A stretch of DNA of 64,000 bases. Source: an uncultured Clostridia bacterium (GTDB lineage Bacteria; Acidobacteriota; Aminicenantia; UBA2199). Every line of letters starts with the position of its first letter. Position 1 is the stretch's first letter. The position numbers and the translations under genes are program-made. The stretch lies in NCBI GenBank assembly GCA_964502145.1, contig CAZCVI010000009.1, positions 73,438 to 137,437 on the forward strand, written 5' to 3'. Under the pieces are notes generated by a model. That model worked only from the letters and a program-made list of their open reading frames with translations. It did no database searches and was not told the DNA's origin. Positions 1 to 9,472 of this stretch are shown piece after piece.

Positions 1-560
1 GAATGGTATTGGTAAAATTATCATACTCGTCAATAATGACATATAAATGTTGGTGCGCACCTTTGCAGATAGCGATGATGCGCGATAAAATATCGGCAGC
101 CGAACGGCTTTGCTCTACTTTTTGGGCATAATACTCAATCTTTTTTGAGGCGGACAGGTACTCACGGTATTTCTCAATAAAATCGACGGCCATTTCGCGA
201 ACATGTTCTAAAAAAGATTCTTTGAGCACATCCGAGGAAGGATCCACCATGGCAAAATTAAAGGCAAGAACCAGATATTGGTTCCTGTCCTCGGTAGCAT
301 GGCTGTAAATCCAGGTGTCTTTAAATAATTCCTCGAACTGGTCTTTATAATAGACATCCAAATAGGCGCTCATCATGGTGAGGAAAAGGGATTTCCCGAA
401 TCGACGCGGGCGGGTAAAAAACAGGTAACTGCCCGCTTCTCGAATCGCTTTTAAATAGGATGTTTTATCCACATAATAATAACTCTGGTTCCGAAATTCC
501 CCGTAATCGGAAATCCCGTAAGGAATTTTTTTAATGTGTTCGGTATCTTTTTCGATAGTC
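1..560 (-). CDS. AAA-ATPase-like / PD-(D/E)XK nuclease (PDDEXK_9-type) family protein, N-terminal portion only (gene runs off the window start)
   Basis: Minus-strand reading frame starting at ATG 560 translates to MTIEKDTEHIKKIPYGISDYGEFRNQSYYYVDKTSYLKAIREAGSYLFFTRPRRFGKSLFL..., the canonical N-terminus of this family (YVDKT...FLSRPRRFGKS). Absent from the ORF track because it is truncated by the window edge. Confidence 0.6.
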
Positions 561-714
561 ATAGTTACTCCTTTTCTCAGCTACTATTATAATGGATTTC
601 CACGAATATTTCAAATTGACATTTTCTTTTTTCTCCAATGTTTATCATTAATCTATTAGATATAAATCCATCTGCTGTCCACTTTTACTATTTTACTGGT
701 ATACAATAATAGTG

Positions 715-720
715 TATAAT
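715..720 (+). promoter_or_regulatory. Candidate -10 hexamer (TATAAT) upstream of the amidohydrolase-znuACB cluster
   Basis: TATAAT about 45 nt upstream of ATG 765. A GGAGG ribosome-binding site lies at 752-756. Confidence 0.3.
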
Positions 721-764
721 ACGAGTGATGAATCGTGTGATACTTATTTTCGGAGGTTATAAGA

Positions 765-2483
765 ATGAAACGTATTTACTGGCTGACTTTTTTTGGATTG
801 AGTATATTGGCTATGTGTAACATGATGACCCTTGCGGTTCAACATGAAACGGCTGACCTGATATTACAAGGCGGCAAAATCGTGACGATGGATGAACAAA
901 AACCTGCGGCTGACGCACTGGCAGTACGAAACGGATTAATACTGGCTGTGGGCACGGAAAAAGAGATGGCACCTTTTATTGGGAATGCAACCCGCGTGAT
1001 TGATCTGAAAGGGGAATTGGTTATCCCTGGTTTCATCGAATCTCACGGTCATTTTGCTGCTATGGGCCGTGCTAAAATGCAATTGGACCTGACAAAAGTT
1101 AAGAACTGGGACGAGGTGATCGCCATGGTGGCGGACGCAGTGAAAAAAACCAAACCGGGGGAATGGATTCTAGGCCGCGGCTGGCACCAAGAAAAATGGA
1201 ACAAGGTTCCTAACCCCAATGTAGAAGGTTTACCTATCCATGACACCTTGAGCGCAATTTCACCGGAAAATCCGGTCTTGTTACCGCATGCAAGTGGCCA
1301 CTCGCTCTTTGCCAACCAGAAAGCAATGGCTCTGGCTGGCGTGAATGAAACAACGCCAAACCCGGAAGGCGGGGAAATAGTTAAAGACAACACTGGTAAA
1401 CCAATCGGCATATTCAAAGAAAATGCAGAATATCTTATTTATAACGTGATGCAGGAACAACAAGCGAAACGCACGGAGTTAGAGAAAAAAACTGAGATCT
1501 TAAAAGTATTGGAACTGGCAGATAAAACCTGTTTGGAAAACGGCATTACGACGTTTGAAGACGCGGGTGTTTCTTTTGCAGCAGTCGATATCTACAAGGA
1601 ACTGGTGCAACAAGGAAAACTGGGGGTTCGTTTGAATGTCATGCTTAATGAACCAAATAGCGCACTGCTGCAACATATCGCGGAATATCGGCTTATTGGT
1701 TTAGGCGATAATCACCTGACGGTTCGCGCCATTAAAAGATTAATTGACGGCGCACTGGGTTCACATGGCGCGTGGTTGCTGGAACCCTATACCAGTTTAC
1801 CTTCCAGTAGTGGACTTAATACCGAATCGATTGCAAGCATGAAAGAAACAGCCCAGATCGCGGTGGCCCACGGCTTCCAATTCTGCACCCACGCGATTGG
1901 TGACCGCGGCAATCGCGAGACACTGGATGTGTACGAAGACGCTTTCAAGAATAACCCGACTAAAAAAGACCTGCGCTGGCGCATCGAACATGCCCAACAT
2001 CTTAATCCCCAAGATGTCCCCCGTTTTAGTCAATTGGGAGTGATCGCGGCCATGCAGGGCATTCATTGTACTTCCGATGGTCCATGGGTAGCCAAACGCC
2101 TAGGTGAAACACGGGCAGCGGAAACATCCTACCTATGGCGCAAACTGATTGATTCGGGTGCTACGATCTGCAATGGCACAGATGTGCCAGTGGAAGATGT
2201 GAATCCTATCGCCTGTTTTTATGCCTCGGCGACCCGGAAAATGAATGATGGGAATATCTTTCACGGCGAACAAAAAATGACCCGTTTGGAAGCATTACGT
2301 TCCTATACGATTAATGGCGCTTTCGCCTCTTTCCAAGAAGGCGAAAAAGGTTCCCTCATTCCCGGCAAACTGGCTGATATCACGGTGCTCTCCCAGGATA
2401 TGTTAACGGTGCCAGAGGAAAATATTTTAAAAACCACGGTTCTATATACCATCGTGGGCGGAAAAGTACTATATCAAAAATAA
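765..2483 (+). CDS. Amidohydrolase-family metal-dependent hydrolase (amidohydrolase_3-like), probably secreted
   Basis: 572 aa. N-terminal hydrophobic signal segment. HGHF metal-binding motif near the N-terminus (FIESHGHFAAMG) and conserved His/Asp residues later (CTHAIGD, NGTDVPVE). Confidence 0.75.
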   Translation: MKRIYWLTFFGLSILAMCNMMTLAVQHETADLILQGGKIVTMDEQKPAADALAVRNGLILAVGTEKEMAPFIGNATRVIDLKGELVIPGFIESHGHFAAMGRAKMQLDLTKVKNWDEVIAMVADAVKKTKPGEWILGRGWHQEKWNKVPNPNVEGLPIHDTLSAISPENPVLLPHASGHSLFANQKAMALAGVNETTPNPEGGEIVKDNTGKPIGIFKENAEYLIYNVMQEQQAKRTELEKKTEILKVLELADKTCLENGITTFEDAGVSFAAVDIYKELVQQGKLGVRLNVMLNEPNSALLQHIAEYRLIGLGDNHLTVRAIKRLIDGALGSHGAWLLEPYTSLPSSSGLNTESIASMKETAQIAVAHGFQFCTHAIGDRGNRETLDVYEDAFKNNPTKKDLRWRIEHAQHLNPQDVPRFSQLGVIAAMQGIHCTSDGPWVAKRLGETRAAETSYLWRKLIDSGATICNGTDVPVEDVNPIACFYASATRKMNDGNIFHGEQKMTRLEALRSYTINGAFASFQEGEKGSLIPGKLADITVLSQDMLTVPEENILKTTVLYTIVGGKVLYQK

Positions 2484-2497
2484 CAGCAAAGAAAAAA

Positions 2498-3487
2498 ATG
2501 GCAATTAGAGGCTCATATATGACTGGAAAAATAAGACAGAAAACAGGACACAAGGGAACATGGTTGATTGCTTTCCTGATGGTGGTTTTATGGATAGGGT
2601 GTAGCAGCACGCCAGAGAAAGGCGATAAAGACGCGGCGCGTAAAGATAAAATGATGGTAACGGTCAGCATCATGCCGCAGCAGTATTTTGTACAGCGGAT
2701 TGCCGGTGAGCGGGTCGTGGTTAATGTGATGGTTCCTTCTTCCCAGAGTCCTGATTCCTATGAACCCACGCCGCGGCAGATGCAGGAGTTAAATCGTTCG
2801 CAGCTTTATTTTCGCATTGGGCCATTGATTTTTGAAACCGTGTGGATCGCGGGAATGGCAGCCAACAATCCTAACTTGAAAATTATTGACACATCGGTGG
2901 GCACACCGTTGCTGCACTATGAAGATAAAACTTACGAAACGGGTGCAGCCGGGGCAATGCCGCAGCATGAGGGTCATGAACACACGGGTATTGACCCACA
3001 TACCTGGGTTTCGCCCACCGCGGTGAAAGTACAGATCGGCCATATCAAAGATGCGTTCATTCAACTGGACCCGGTCAACCGGGAATTGTATGAAACGAAT
3101 TACACGACCTTTGCCAGGGAAATTGATGCCTTGCATAACGAGCTTACCGGTATATTTCGCGACTTTTCCAAGCGCACGTTCATGGTGTTTCATCCTGCCT
3201 GGGGTTACTTTGCCCGCGATTACAATTTGATACAATTGCCCATTGAAGTGGAGGGAAAAACGCCGGGACCAGCAACATTAAAACGGGTGATTGATATAGC
3301 CAGAAAAGAGAATATCCGGTTTATCATTGTGCAGCAACAATCGGATACGCATAATGCGGAGGCTGTAGCGGCTGATATTAACGGCAAGGTGGTTGCGTTG
3401 GACCCGCTGGAACTGAACTGGTTGGAAAATATGAAAAAAATCGCGCGCACATTCAAAGAAATATTAAACGACCCATTAAAAGAATAA
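2498..3487 (+). CDS. znuA: Zinc/metal ABC transporter substrate-binding lipoprotein (ZnuA/TroA family)
   Basis: Lipobox LWIGCSS. GIDPHTWVSP motif. His-rich loop HEGHEHTG typical of ZnuA. Confidence 0.8.
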   Translation: MAIRGSYMTGKIRQKTGHKGTWLIAFLMVVLWIGCSSTPEKGDKDAARKDKMMVTVSIMPQQYFVQRIAGERVVVNVMVPSSQSPDSYEPTPRQMQELNRSQLYFRIGPLIFETVWIAGMAANNPNLKIIDTSVGTPLLHYEDKTYETGAAGAMPQHEGHEHTGIDPHTWVSPTAVKVQIGHIKDAFIQLDPVNRELYETNYTTFAREIDALHNELTGIFRDFSKRTFMVFHPAWGYFARDYNLIQLPIEVEGKTPGPATLKRVIDIARKENIRFIIVQQQSDTHNAEAVAADINGKVVALDPLELNWLENMKKIARTFKEILNDPLKE

Positions 3488-3502
3488 GAGGACAAAAGAT
3501 AG

Positions 3503-4327
3503 ATGTCTGAACAAAATCGTAAAATTTTAGAATTGCAACATATCACTGCGGGTTACCGTGACCAGATCGTGCTGGAAGACGTCAGTCTTATCGTAAAGGA
3601 AACGGATTTTATCGGGGTCATTGGGGCCAATGGATGTGGGAAGACGACGCTTTTAAAAGTAATATTGGGCTTGAACCAGCCAATGAAAGGGAGCATGTCT
3701 TTTGATTTTGAAGGGAATGGCAATAACAAGCCCAGCTATTATGTCGGTTATTTACCACAGGTGGCGGTGTTTGATCGGAAGTTCCCTATGACTGTGAATG
3801 ATGTTGTGCTTTCCGGTTTGAGTGCCAAGGTCGGGTTATTCAAGCGTTTTTCCAGGGAAGATAAGTCCCGCGCCCATCAGGTCATGGAACAGATGGGCAT
3901 TTTGCACATGAAAAAGAAAGTGATTGGCGAGTTATCCGGTGGGCAGATGCAGCGGGTATTTTTAGCGCGGGCGTTGATCAATTCGCCCCGGTTGTTGTTA
4001 TTGGATGAGCCCAACACCTTCGTGGATAAAAGTTTTGAACAGAGTTTTTTTGATGTTTTAAAAGAGTTGAACAAGGAGATTGCCATTATTTTAGTGTCCC
4101 ATGATCTTGGTATGATCTCTTCTTATGTCAAAACGATTGCCTGTGTGAACCGTTCGGTTTATCTTCATGAATCCAATGAAGTCACGCAGGAGTTATTGGA
4201 CAATTACAAGTGTCCGATTGATTTGATCACCCATGGCCAGTTGCCGCACCGGGTATTAAAAGCCCATGTGCATGGCAGTGCCGATGTGTGTCATTGTTTA
4301 CTACAGCGTTTGCAGGATGGAAAATGA
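3503..4327 (+). CDS. znuC: Zinc ABC transporter ATP-binding protein
   Basis: Walker A GANGCGKTTLLK, ABC signature LSGGQMQRV, Walker B LLLDEP. Confidence 0.85.
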   Translation: MSEQNRKILELQHITAGYRDQIVLEDVSLIVKETDFIGVIGANGCGKTTLLKVILGLNQPMKGSMSFDFEGNGNNKPSYYVGYLPQVAVFDRKFPMTVNDVVLSGLSAKVGLFKRFSREDKSRAHQVMEQMGILHMKKKVIGELSGGQMQRVFLARALINSPRLLLLDEPNTFVDKSFEQSFFDVLKELNKEIAIILVSHDLGMISSYVKTIACVNRSVYLHESNEVTQELLDNYKCPIDLITHGQLPHRVLKAHVHGSADVCHCLLQRLQDGK

Positions 4328-5160
4328 TTGAATTATTTAAGTACCAGTTTTTTATCAATGCGCTTATTGCCGCTTTATTAACCAGTATTACCTGTGGGTT
4401 TATTGGCACCTATATTGTTTCCCGGCGGATTGTATTTATTAGTGGCGGGATTAGTCACGCCTCGTTTGGTGGTGTGGGTATCGGGTATTATTTAGGTATT
4501 AATCCCATTCTTGGTGCCGCTGTATTTTCCGTGGTATCTGCTATTGGTATCGAAGTCTTTGCCCGTAAAGCCGAAGTGCGGCGGGATTCTTTGATTGGTA
4601 TCATGTGGTCATTTGGTATGGCTGTCGGGATGATTTTTATTTCTATTACTCCCGGTTATTCAGCCAATTTGATGACTTATTTGTTTGGTAATATACTTAC
4701 CGTGACCGCTTTTGATCTTGTTCTCATGCTCGCGTTGGCTGTGTTGGTCGTGTGTTTCTTTTTCCTTTTATTCAAGGAGATATTGTATGTTTCCTTTGAC
4801 GAGGATTATTCCCGCACCCAGGGGATTCCCGTTAGTTTTATTAATTTCGCGCTCATTAGTTTAGTCGCATTGACCATAGTCATCAATATCCGGGTCGTGG
4901 GCATCATTTTAGTAATGTCTTTATTAACCATCCCGCAGGCTACAGCCAGTTTGATTTCCAATAATTTCAGACATTTGATTTTCTTTTCCATTGGGTTTGG
5001 GTTATTGTCGTCTGTGTCTGGGTTGTTCTTGTCTTATCAATTTAACATTCCTTCCGGTGCGGCCATCATCTTTTTTTCCATCATCATCTTCTTCATCGTC
5101 AGAACAATCGTCGCCCTGCGCACCCGCATGAGCTTGCACAAACAACTGGATAAAGCGTAG
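4324..5160 (+). CDS. znuB: Metal (zinc) ABC transporter permease
   Basis: Polytopic membrane protein of ABC-3 type. ATG 4324 overlaps the znuC stop (ATGA), so I prefer it to the longer track ORF starting at 4288. Confidence 0.8.
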   Translation: MIELFKYQFFINALIAALLTSITCGFIGTYIVSRRIVFISGGISHASFGGVGIGYYLGINPILGAAVFSVVSAIGIEVFARKAEVRRDSLIGIMWSFGMAVGMIFISITPGYSANLMTYLFGNILTVTAFDLVLMLALAVLVVCFFFLLFKEILYVSFDEDYSRTQGIPVSFINFALISLVALTIVINIRVVGIILVMSLLTIPQATASLISNNFRHLIFFSIGFGLLSSVSGLFLSYQFNIPSGAAIIFFSIIIFFIVRTIVALRTRMSLHKQLDKA

Positions 5161-5178
5161 TGTAGGAATCCTTGGAGA

Positions 5179-5210
5179 AGGTGAATTCACTGGACTATCT
5201 GGACAAACTC
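5179..5210. repeat. Partial copy of the TGGAC 9-nt-period repeat family (GGTGAATTCA + CTGGACTAT CTGGACAAA)
   Basis: Two CTGGACNNN units preceded by GGTGAATTCA, which matches the 'tail' of the full elements at 10952, 16789 and 36372. Confidence 0.4.
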
Positions 5211-5241
5211 TTACCAATTAAATAGGATATTTAAAAAACCA

Positions 5242-5250
5242 TGGTATAAT
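5242..5250 (+). promoter_or_regulatory. Extended -10 promoter (TGGTATAAT) upstream of the AlbA_2/HATPase gene
   Basis: AAAAAACCATGGTATAATATAATGG lies about 20 nt before ATG 5271. Near-identical context recurs at 17945 and 47638. Confidence 0.45.
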
Positions 5251-5270
5251 ATAATGGCAGGTAAATAAAG

Positions 5271-6488
5271 ATGACGCAATTTATAAATTATACAGACGAC
5301 CAGCTAAAGTCGCTATTAGATGATCTCGAAGCAGACAATGCGGAGCGTAAAGAGAGTTGGAGCGACGATGCCAAGGACAAAGGCCGACAGGCGGTGTGTG
5401 CTTTTGCCAATGATCTTCCCAATTACCAAAAACCGGGAGTCCTTTTTGTAGGTGCCAAGGATGATGGCACTCCTTCAGGTTTAGAGATCAGCGATAAATT
5501 ATTACAGACTTTGGCGGATATCAAAACCGACGGACAGACTTTACCACCACCCACTATTATCGTTCAAAAACGGAAACTAAAAAACAAGGACATGGCCGTG
5601 GTGTTTGTGCTACCTGCTGATACTCCACCCGTTCGTTACAAGGGTAGAGTCTGGATTCGCACAGGTCCCAGGCGTGGCATTGCTACCGCACAGGATGAGC
5701 GTATTTTAAATGAAAAGAGACGATTTAAGGATAAATATTTCGATAGTGCGACAGTGCCAGGAACATCCCTCTATGACCTGAACCGCTTGCAATTCGAACA
5801 GGAATTTCTCCCCAATGCTTTTGCAGTGGATATTTTGGAAGCAAACCAACGCTCTTACGAGGAACGACTGGCATCACTTAAAATGATTGAATCTGTGGAT
5901 AATCCCATACCTACGATATTGGGTTTATTGGTAATCGGGAATAGACCACGTGATTTTCTTCCAAGTGCATATGTGCAATTTTTAAGAATTAATGGCGTGG
6001 GATTGGCTGACCCGATCGTCGATTCTGAAGAGATTGATGGAACAATAGGGCAAATCATCAGGAAGCTTGACGAAAAAATGACCTCACATAATCGTATTGC
6101 CGTGGACATCACTTCCGCCTCCCTGGAACGAAGAAATGCAGACTATCCACTCGTTGCCCTGCAACAACTGACACGAAACGCCTTAATGCATCGTACCTTT
6201 GAGGGCACAAATGCTCCAGTCAGGGTATATTGGTTTAATGACCGCATCGAAATATTCAATCCCGGTGGCCCATACGGAGAAGTAACGGCTGAAAATTTTG
6301 GGCACCCGGGAATAACCGACTATCGCAATCGAAACTTGGCCGACGCCATGAAAGTATCCGGTTTTGTGCAACGATTTGGCGTGGGTATTTCTATCGCTAA
6401 TAGAGAGCTGGAGAAGAACGGTAATCCCCCCTTCAGTTTCGATATTCAACCAACGGTTATTCTTATTACTGTAAGGAAGTCAAAATGA
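5271..6488 (+). CDS. AlbA_2 (Schlafen-like putative DNA-binding) + HATPase_c_4 domain protein, the family often annotated 'RecG-like putative transcriptional regulator'
   Basis: N-terminus VCAFANDLPN...GVLFVGAKDDGTPSGL...RYKGRVWIRTGP matches AlbA_2. C-terminus LTRNALMHRTF...IEIFNPGGPYG matches HATPase_c_4. Confidence 0.7.
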   Translation: MTQFINYTDDQLKSLLDDLEADNAERKESWSDDAKDKGRQAVCAFANDLPNYQKPGVLFVGAKDDGTPSGLEISDKLLQTLADIKTDGQTLPPPTIIVQKRKLKNKDMAVVFVLPADTPPVRYKGRVWIRTGPRRGIATAQDERILNEKRRFKDKYFDSATVPGTSLYDLNRLQFEQEFLPNAFAVDILEANQRSYEERLASLKMIESVDNPIPTILGLLVIGNRPRDFLPSAYVQFLRINGVGLADPIVDSEEIDGTIGQIIRKLDEKMTSHNRIAVDITSASLERRNADYPLVALQQLTRNALMHRTFEGTNAPVRVYWFNDRIEIFNPGGPYGEVTAENFGHPGITDYRNRNLADAMKVSGFVQRFGVGISIANRELEKNGNPPFSFDIQPTVILITVRKSK

Positions 6489-7483
6489 GTATCCCAGTTC
6501 TGACCTTTTTTAATAATAAAGGTGGTGTTGGAAAAACATCACTCATATACCATTTAACATACATGTTTGCTGAACTGGGTAAACGAGTATTAGCCGTGGA
6601 TCTAGATTCACAAGCCAACCTAACGGCTGCTTTTCTTGATGAAGAAGAGTTGGAAGCACTCTGGGAGGGAAATGAACCAGATTCCACTATATCTAAAATT
6701 ATCTCGCCACTGACCGGTGTCGGGGATATCCTAGAACCAAAACCCAGACATATTACGCATCATATTTATTTAATCCCAGGCGATGTAGCCTTGTCTGGAT
6801 TTGAAGAAACTTTAGCTGGCGAATGGCCGAATAGTATGGGGGATACCCTGCTATACCGTCCATTCAGAATTCTTACCGCTTTTTGGCAAGTGATGCAATT
6901 AGGCGCAAAAAAAATAAATGCAGATATTATATTGGTTGATATTGGTCCCTATCTCGGTGCGATTAACAGGTCAGTTTTGATTGCTACCGATTACGTTATT
7001 ATTCCACTGGGTACCGACCTTTTTTCGATTGAGGGGTTGAAAAATCTTGGTCCAATATTACGGAGTTGGCGTAACTTGTGGAAAAAGAGGTTGGACAACT
7101 GGGTTAAGCCTGAATTTATTCTACCACAGGGCAAAATGTCGCCTATTGGCTATGTATGCCAACAACATGGTGTTCGGTTAAGCCGCCCAGTTAAAGCCTA
7201 TGACAAATGGATAAACAAAATTCCCGATGTGTATCGTGAAAGCATTCTTGGAGAAAGTCCAAACGGGATGACACCTGCCGAAGACCCTCTCTGCTTAGCC
7301 ACTATCAAACATTTCCGTAGTCTTATCCCAATGGCCCAAGAACAACGGAAACCAGTGTTTAAATTGACTCAAGCTGATGGCGCTATTGGCAGCCATGCAC
7401 AATCTGTTAATAATGCTTATTCAGATTTCAAAATCCTGGCCAAAAAAATCGCGGACATCATTCATTTGGAAGGCTGCCAGTAA
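6485..7483 (+). CDS. ParA/Soj/MinD-family P-loop ATPase
   Basis: Deviant Walker A FNNKGGVGKTS, A' motif AVDLDSQANLT, Walker B ILVDIGP. The start overlaps the upstream stop (ATGA). Confidence 0.8.
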   Translation: MSIPVLTFFNNKGGVGKTSLIYHLTYMFAELGKRVLAVDLDSQANLTAAFLDEEELEALWEGNEPDSTISKIISPLTGVGDILEPKPRHITHHIYLIPGDVALSGFEETLAGEWPNSMGDTLLYRPFRILTAFWQVMQLGAKKINADIILVDIGPYLGAINRSVLIATDYVIIPLGTDLFSIEGLKNLGPILRSWRNLWKKRLDNWVKPEFILPQGKMSPIGYVCQQHGVRLSRPVKAYDKWINKIPDVYRESILGESPNGMTPAEDPLCLATIKHFRSLIPMAQEQRKPVFKLTQADGAIGSHAQSVNNAYSDFKILAKKIADIIHLEGCQ

Positions 7484-7647
7484 TGGTAATTGGCGGTGGA
7501 TTTAGGACTAAGAGAGTCCTTGATACAACGCTTATTTCCCGATTTTATTATTAATTTGATAATTACTGCCGCATTGCTTGCATTATTGCTGCAATTGATT
7601 TACAATTCTACTATGAATAGGATAACGTTTGCCGCTAGGAGTCTTCA

Positions 7648-9396
7648 ATGAGTTGGGCCAAAACATTTCAAATCAAAACTAATGGAACGGTCTTGGGCGT
7701 CATCGCCGAGTCAGACACTTGGTTCATCCGACAAGATAAAGAGTTACTCGCGTATAACCCCGATGAGAACCGCGTGGTCTGGCGTCTACAAATGCAAAGA
7801 GATAGTTTGCAAATGGATAAAACCCTGTTACGAACAGATGATCTCTTGATTGCCACCCTACACGCCGACCAAAAAACTGACCGGGCTTGGCTCTTTGCCG
7901 TGGACTCGGAATCCGGTCACATGGTTTGGTCCCAACGGGTAGCTGAACAATCCCTGCAAGGAAATGGCAATATCCTGGGCGAAAACCACTGGCATATCCT
8001 CTTTACCCAGATAAAAGACCACCACGCCGACCTGCTCCTGCTGGACAAATCAAACGGTGAAATTATTAAATCTCTCCCCCTGTCGCAAATTCCTAAAGGA
8101 AGCGCCTATACAGAACACTATTATTATTATCATTCCTTGCACGATGCCCTGCGCCGCGTTGATCTGGAAAGCGGCGAAGAGTCCATGATACTGGTTGAAA
8201 AAACCGCTGGACTCGCCCTGGTTTATGACCAACTCCTATGTATTTCTGGCAATGCCCTCTTCTCCTTGGACGCATCATCCAGCCAAATCATAGGGGAAAT
8301 TGATCTAAATGGAAAAAAAGCCAAAAAAATTATTCCTTTTGATAACAAAGATCACGTCCTGGTTTTTTTTGAAGGACCCCGTTCTTCTGTAGCCCTGTAT
8401 GATTTCAAAAGAAACCAGCCTATATGGGAGACAACCGTGCCCCTCCATTCAACTGCCTTTTGGACCGGACACGAAGTGATCGTAAAGGACCAGACATGCA
8501 AACGAAATTTTTCCATTGACGGCCAAAGCGGGGCAGTTAGCCCGATCACCACCCATTCTTTTGCCAAACTGGCCTATTTTAGCAATGGCAAGTGGTTTGA
8601 TTACGCCTTTCACAATCTCGCCGTGTATGAATGGACAGATTTGGAAGCGCCGGAAATAGATATGCCCGATCCCGATGAAAGCGAAACCGAAGTGATGAAT
8701 ATCGAAGATTTTATCCCCGGTTTCTTGGGCCATGAGGATGAACAAAAAGACCACTTGCTACGAGTACACAATCAAACCCTGGTAGATGGCAATTTTGAAT
8801 TGTTGTTCCAAGAGATCGCCAGATGTTTCCATATTCCCGTGGTTCATGACAAGGTGAAAAAATACCTGGTGGATACCTGCAACATAGAATACATTGACGG
8901 GCCATTGAGTCTTGAAGGCGCCAAAAAGAGTATTGGTCAATTCGGCAGTTACAAAAAGTTATTCGGTTTTGGACCCGAGGAAAAATTATATCCCGCCTTG
9001 CAAGTCGGTTCAGGTCGTAGCAATGCGTTTCTTCTGGCCCTGGAAAGCGGGAATATTATTTCTGGTCACCAGAGTGTCCTGTATGGCGAATATGCCAGTG
9101 AAGAGTGGGAACTCGCTGGAAAGGAATTGGTCAGTTTTAATCAACAGTTGGAAGAGAAGTACAGTTGTTTTGATATCCAGCAACTCATCGCCTTCCAAGC
9201 GTCGTTCGAAGACTATAAAGACCATTATGATATCCCCCTGGAAGAATTGTACCGCCAAGCTGGCTGTACTCTGACCCATTCCTACCCACAGCTCTTACGC
9301 AACCTCAATGCCGAGCCCATGGAATTCCTCACTGGCTACATGGATGAAGCAGAAACGGAAGCCATGATCAAGAGCTTCTTTCAACCCGAAGAGTAA
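7648..9396 (+). CDS. Hypothetical cytoplasmic protein with an N-terminal PQQ/BamB-like beta-propeller and an uncharacterised C-terminal domain
   Basis: 582-aa ORF with repeated motifs of the type NRVVWRLQM / SGHMVWSQ. No signal peptide. Confidence 0.5.
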   Translation: MSWAKTFQIKTNGTVLGVIAESDTWFIRQDKELLAYNPDENRVVWRLQMQRDSLQMDKTLLRTDDLLIATLHADQKTDRAWLFAVDSESGHMVWSQRVAEQSLQGNGNILGENHWHILFTQIKDHHADLLLLDKSNGEIIKSLPLSQIPKGSAYTEHYYYYHSLHDALRRVDLESGEESMILVEKTAGLALVYDQLLCISGNALFSLDASSSQIIGEIDLNGKKAKKIIPFDNKDHVLVFFEGPRSSVALYDFKRNQPIWETTVPLHSTAFWTGHEVIVKDQTCKRNFSIDGQSGAVSPITTHSFAKLAYFSNGKWFDYAFHNLAVYEWTDLEAPEIDMPDPDESETEVMNIEDFIPGFLGHEDEQKDHLLRVHNQTLVDGNFELLFQEIARCFHIPVVHDKVKKYLVDTCNIEYIDGPLSLEGAKKSIGQFGSYKKLFGFGPEEKLYPALQVGSGRSNAFLLALESGNIISGHQSVLYGEYASEEWELAGKELVSFNQQLEEKYSCFDIQQLIAFQASFEDYKDHYDIPLEELYRQAGCTLTHSYPQLLRNLNAEPMEFLTGYMDEAETEAMIKSFFQPEE

Positions 9397-9472
9397 AAGA
9401 TCACGTAAAGCTGACGTCCAGATTATAAATGTCCTACCCGCTTAACTTCCTGGCGGCTTAACTGCCTTTTTT

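Noticed and set aside
4288-4323. Longer znuB start (MSLFTTAFAGWK...) given in the ORF track
   Set aside because: It would overlap the last 12 codons of znuC. ATG 4324 gives the canonical ATGA overlap and a typical permease N-terminus.
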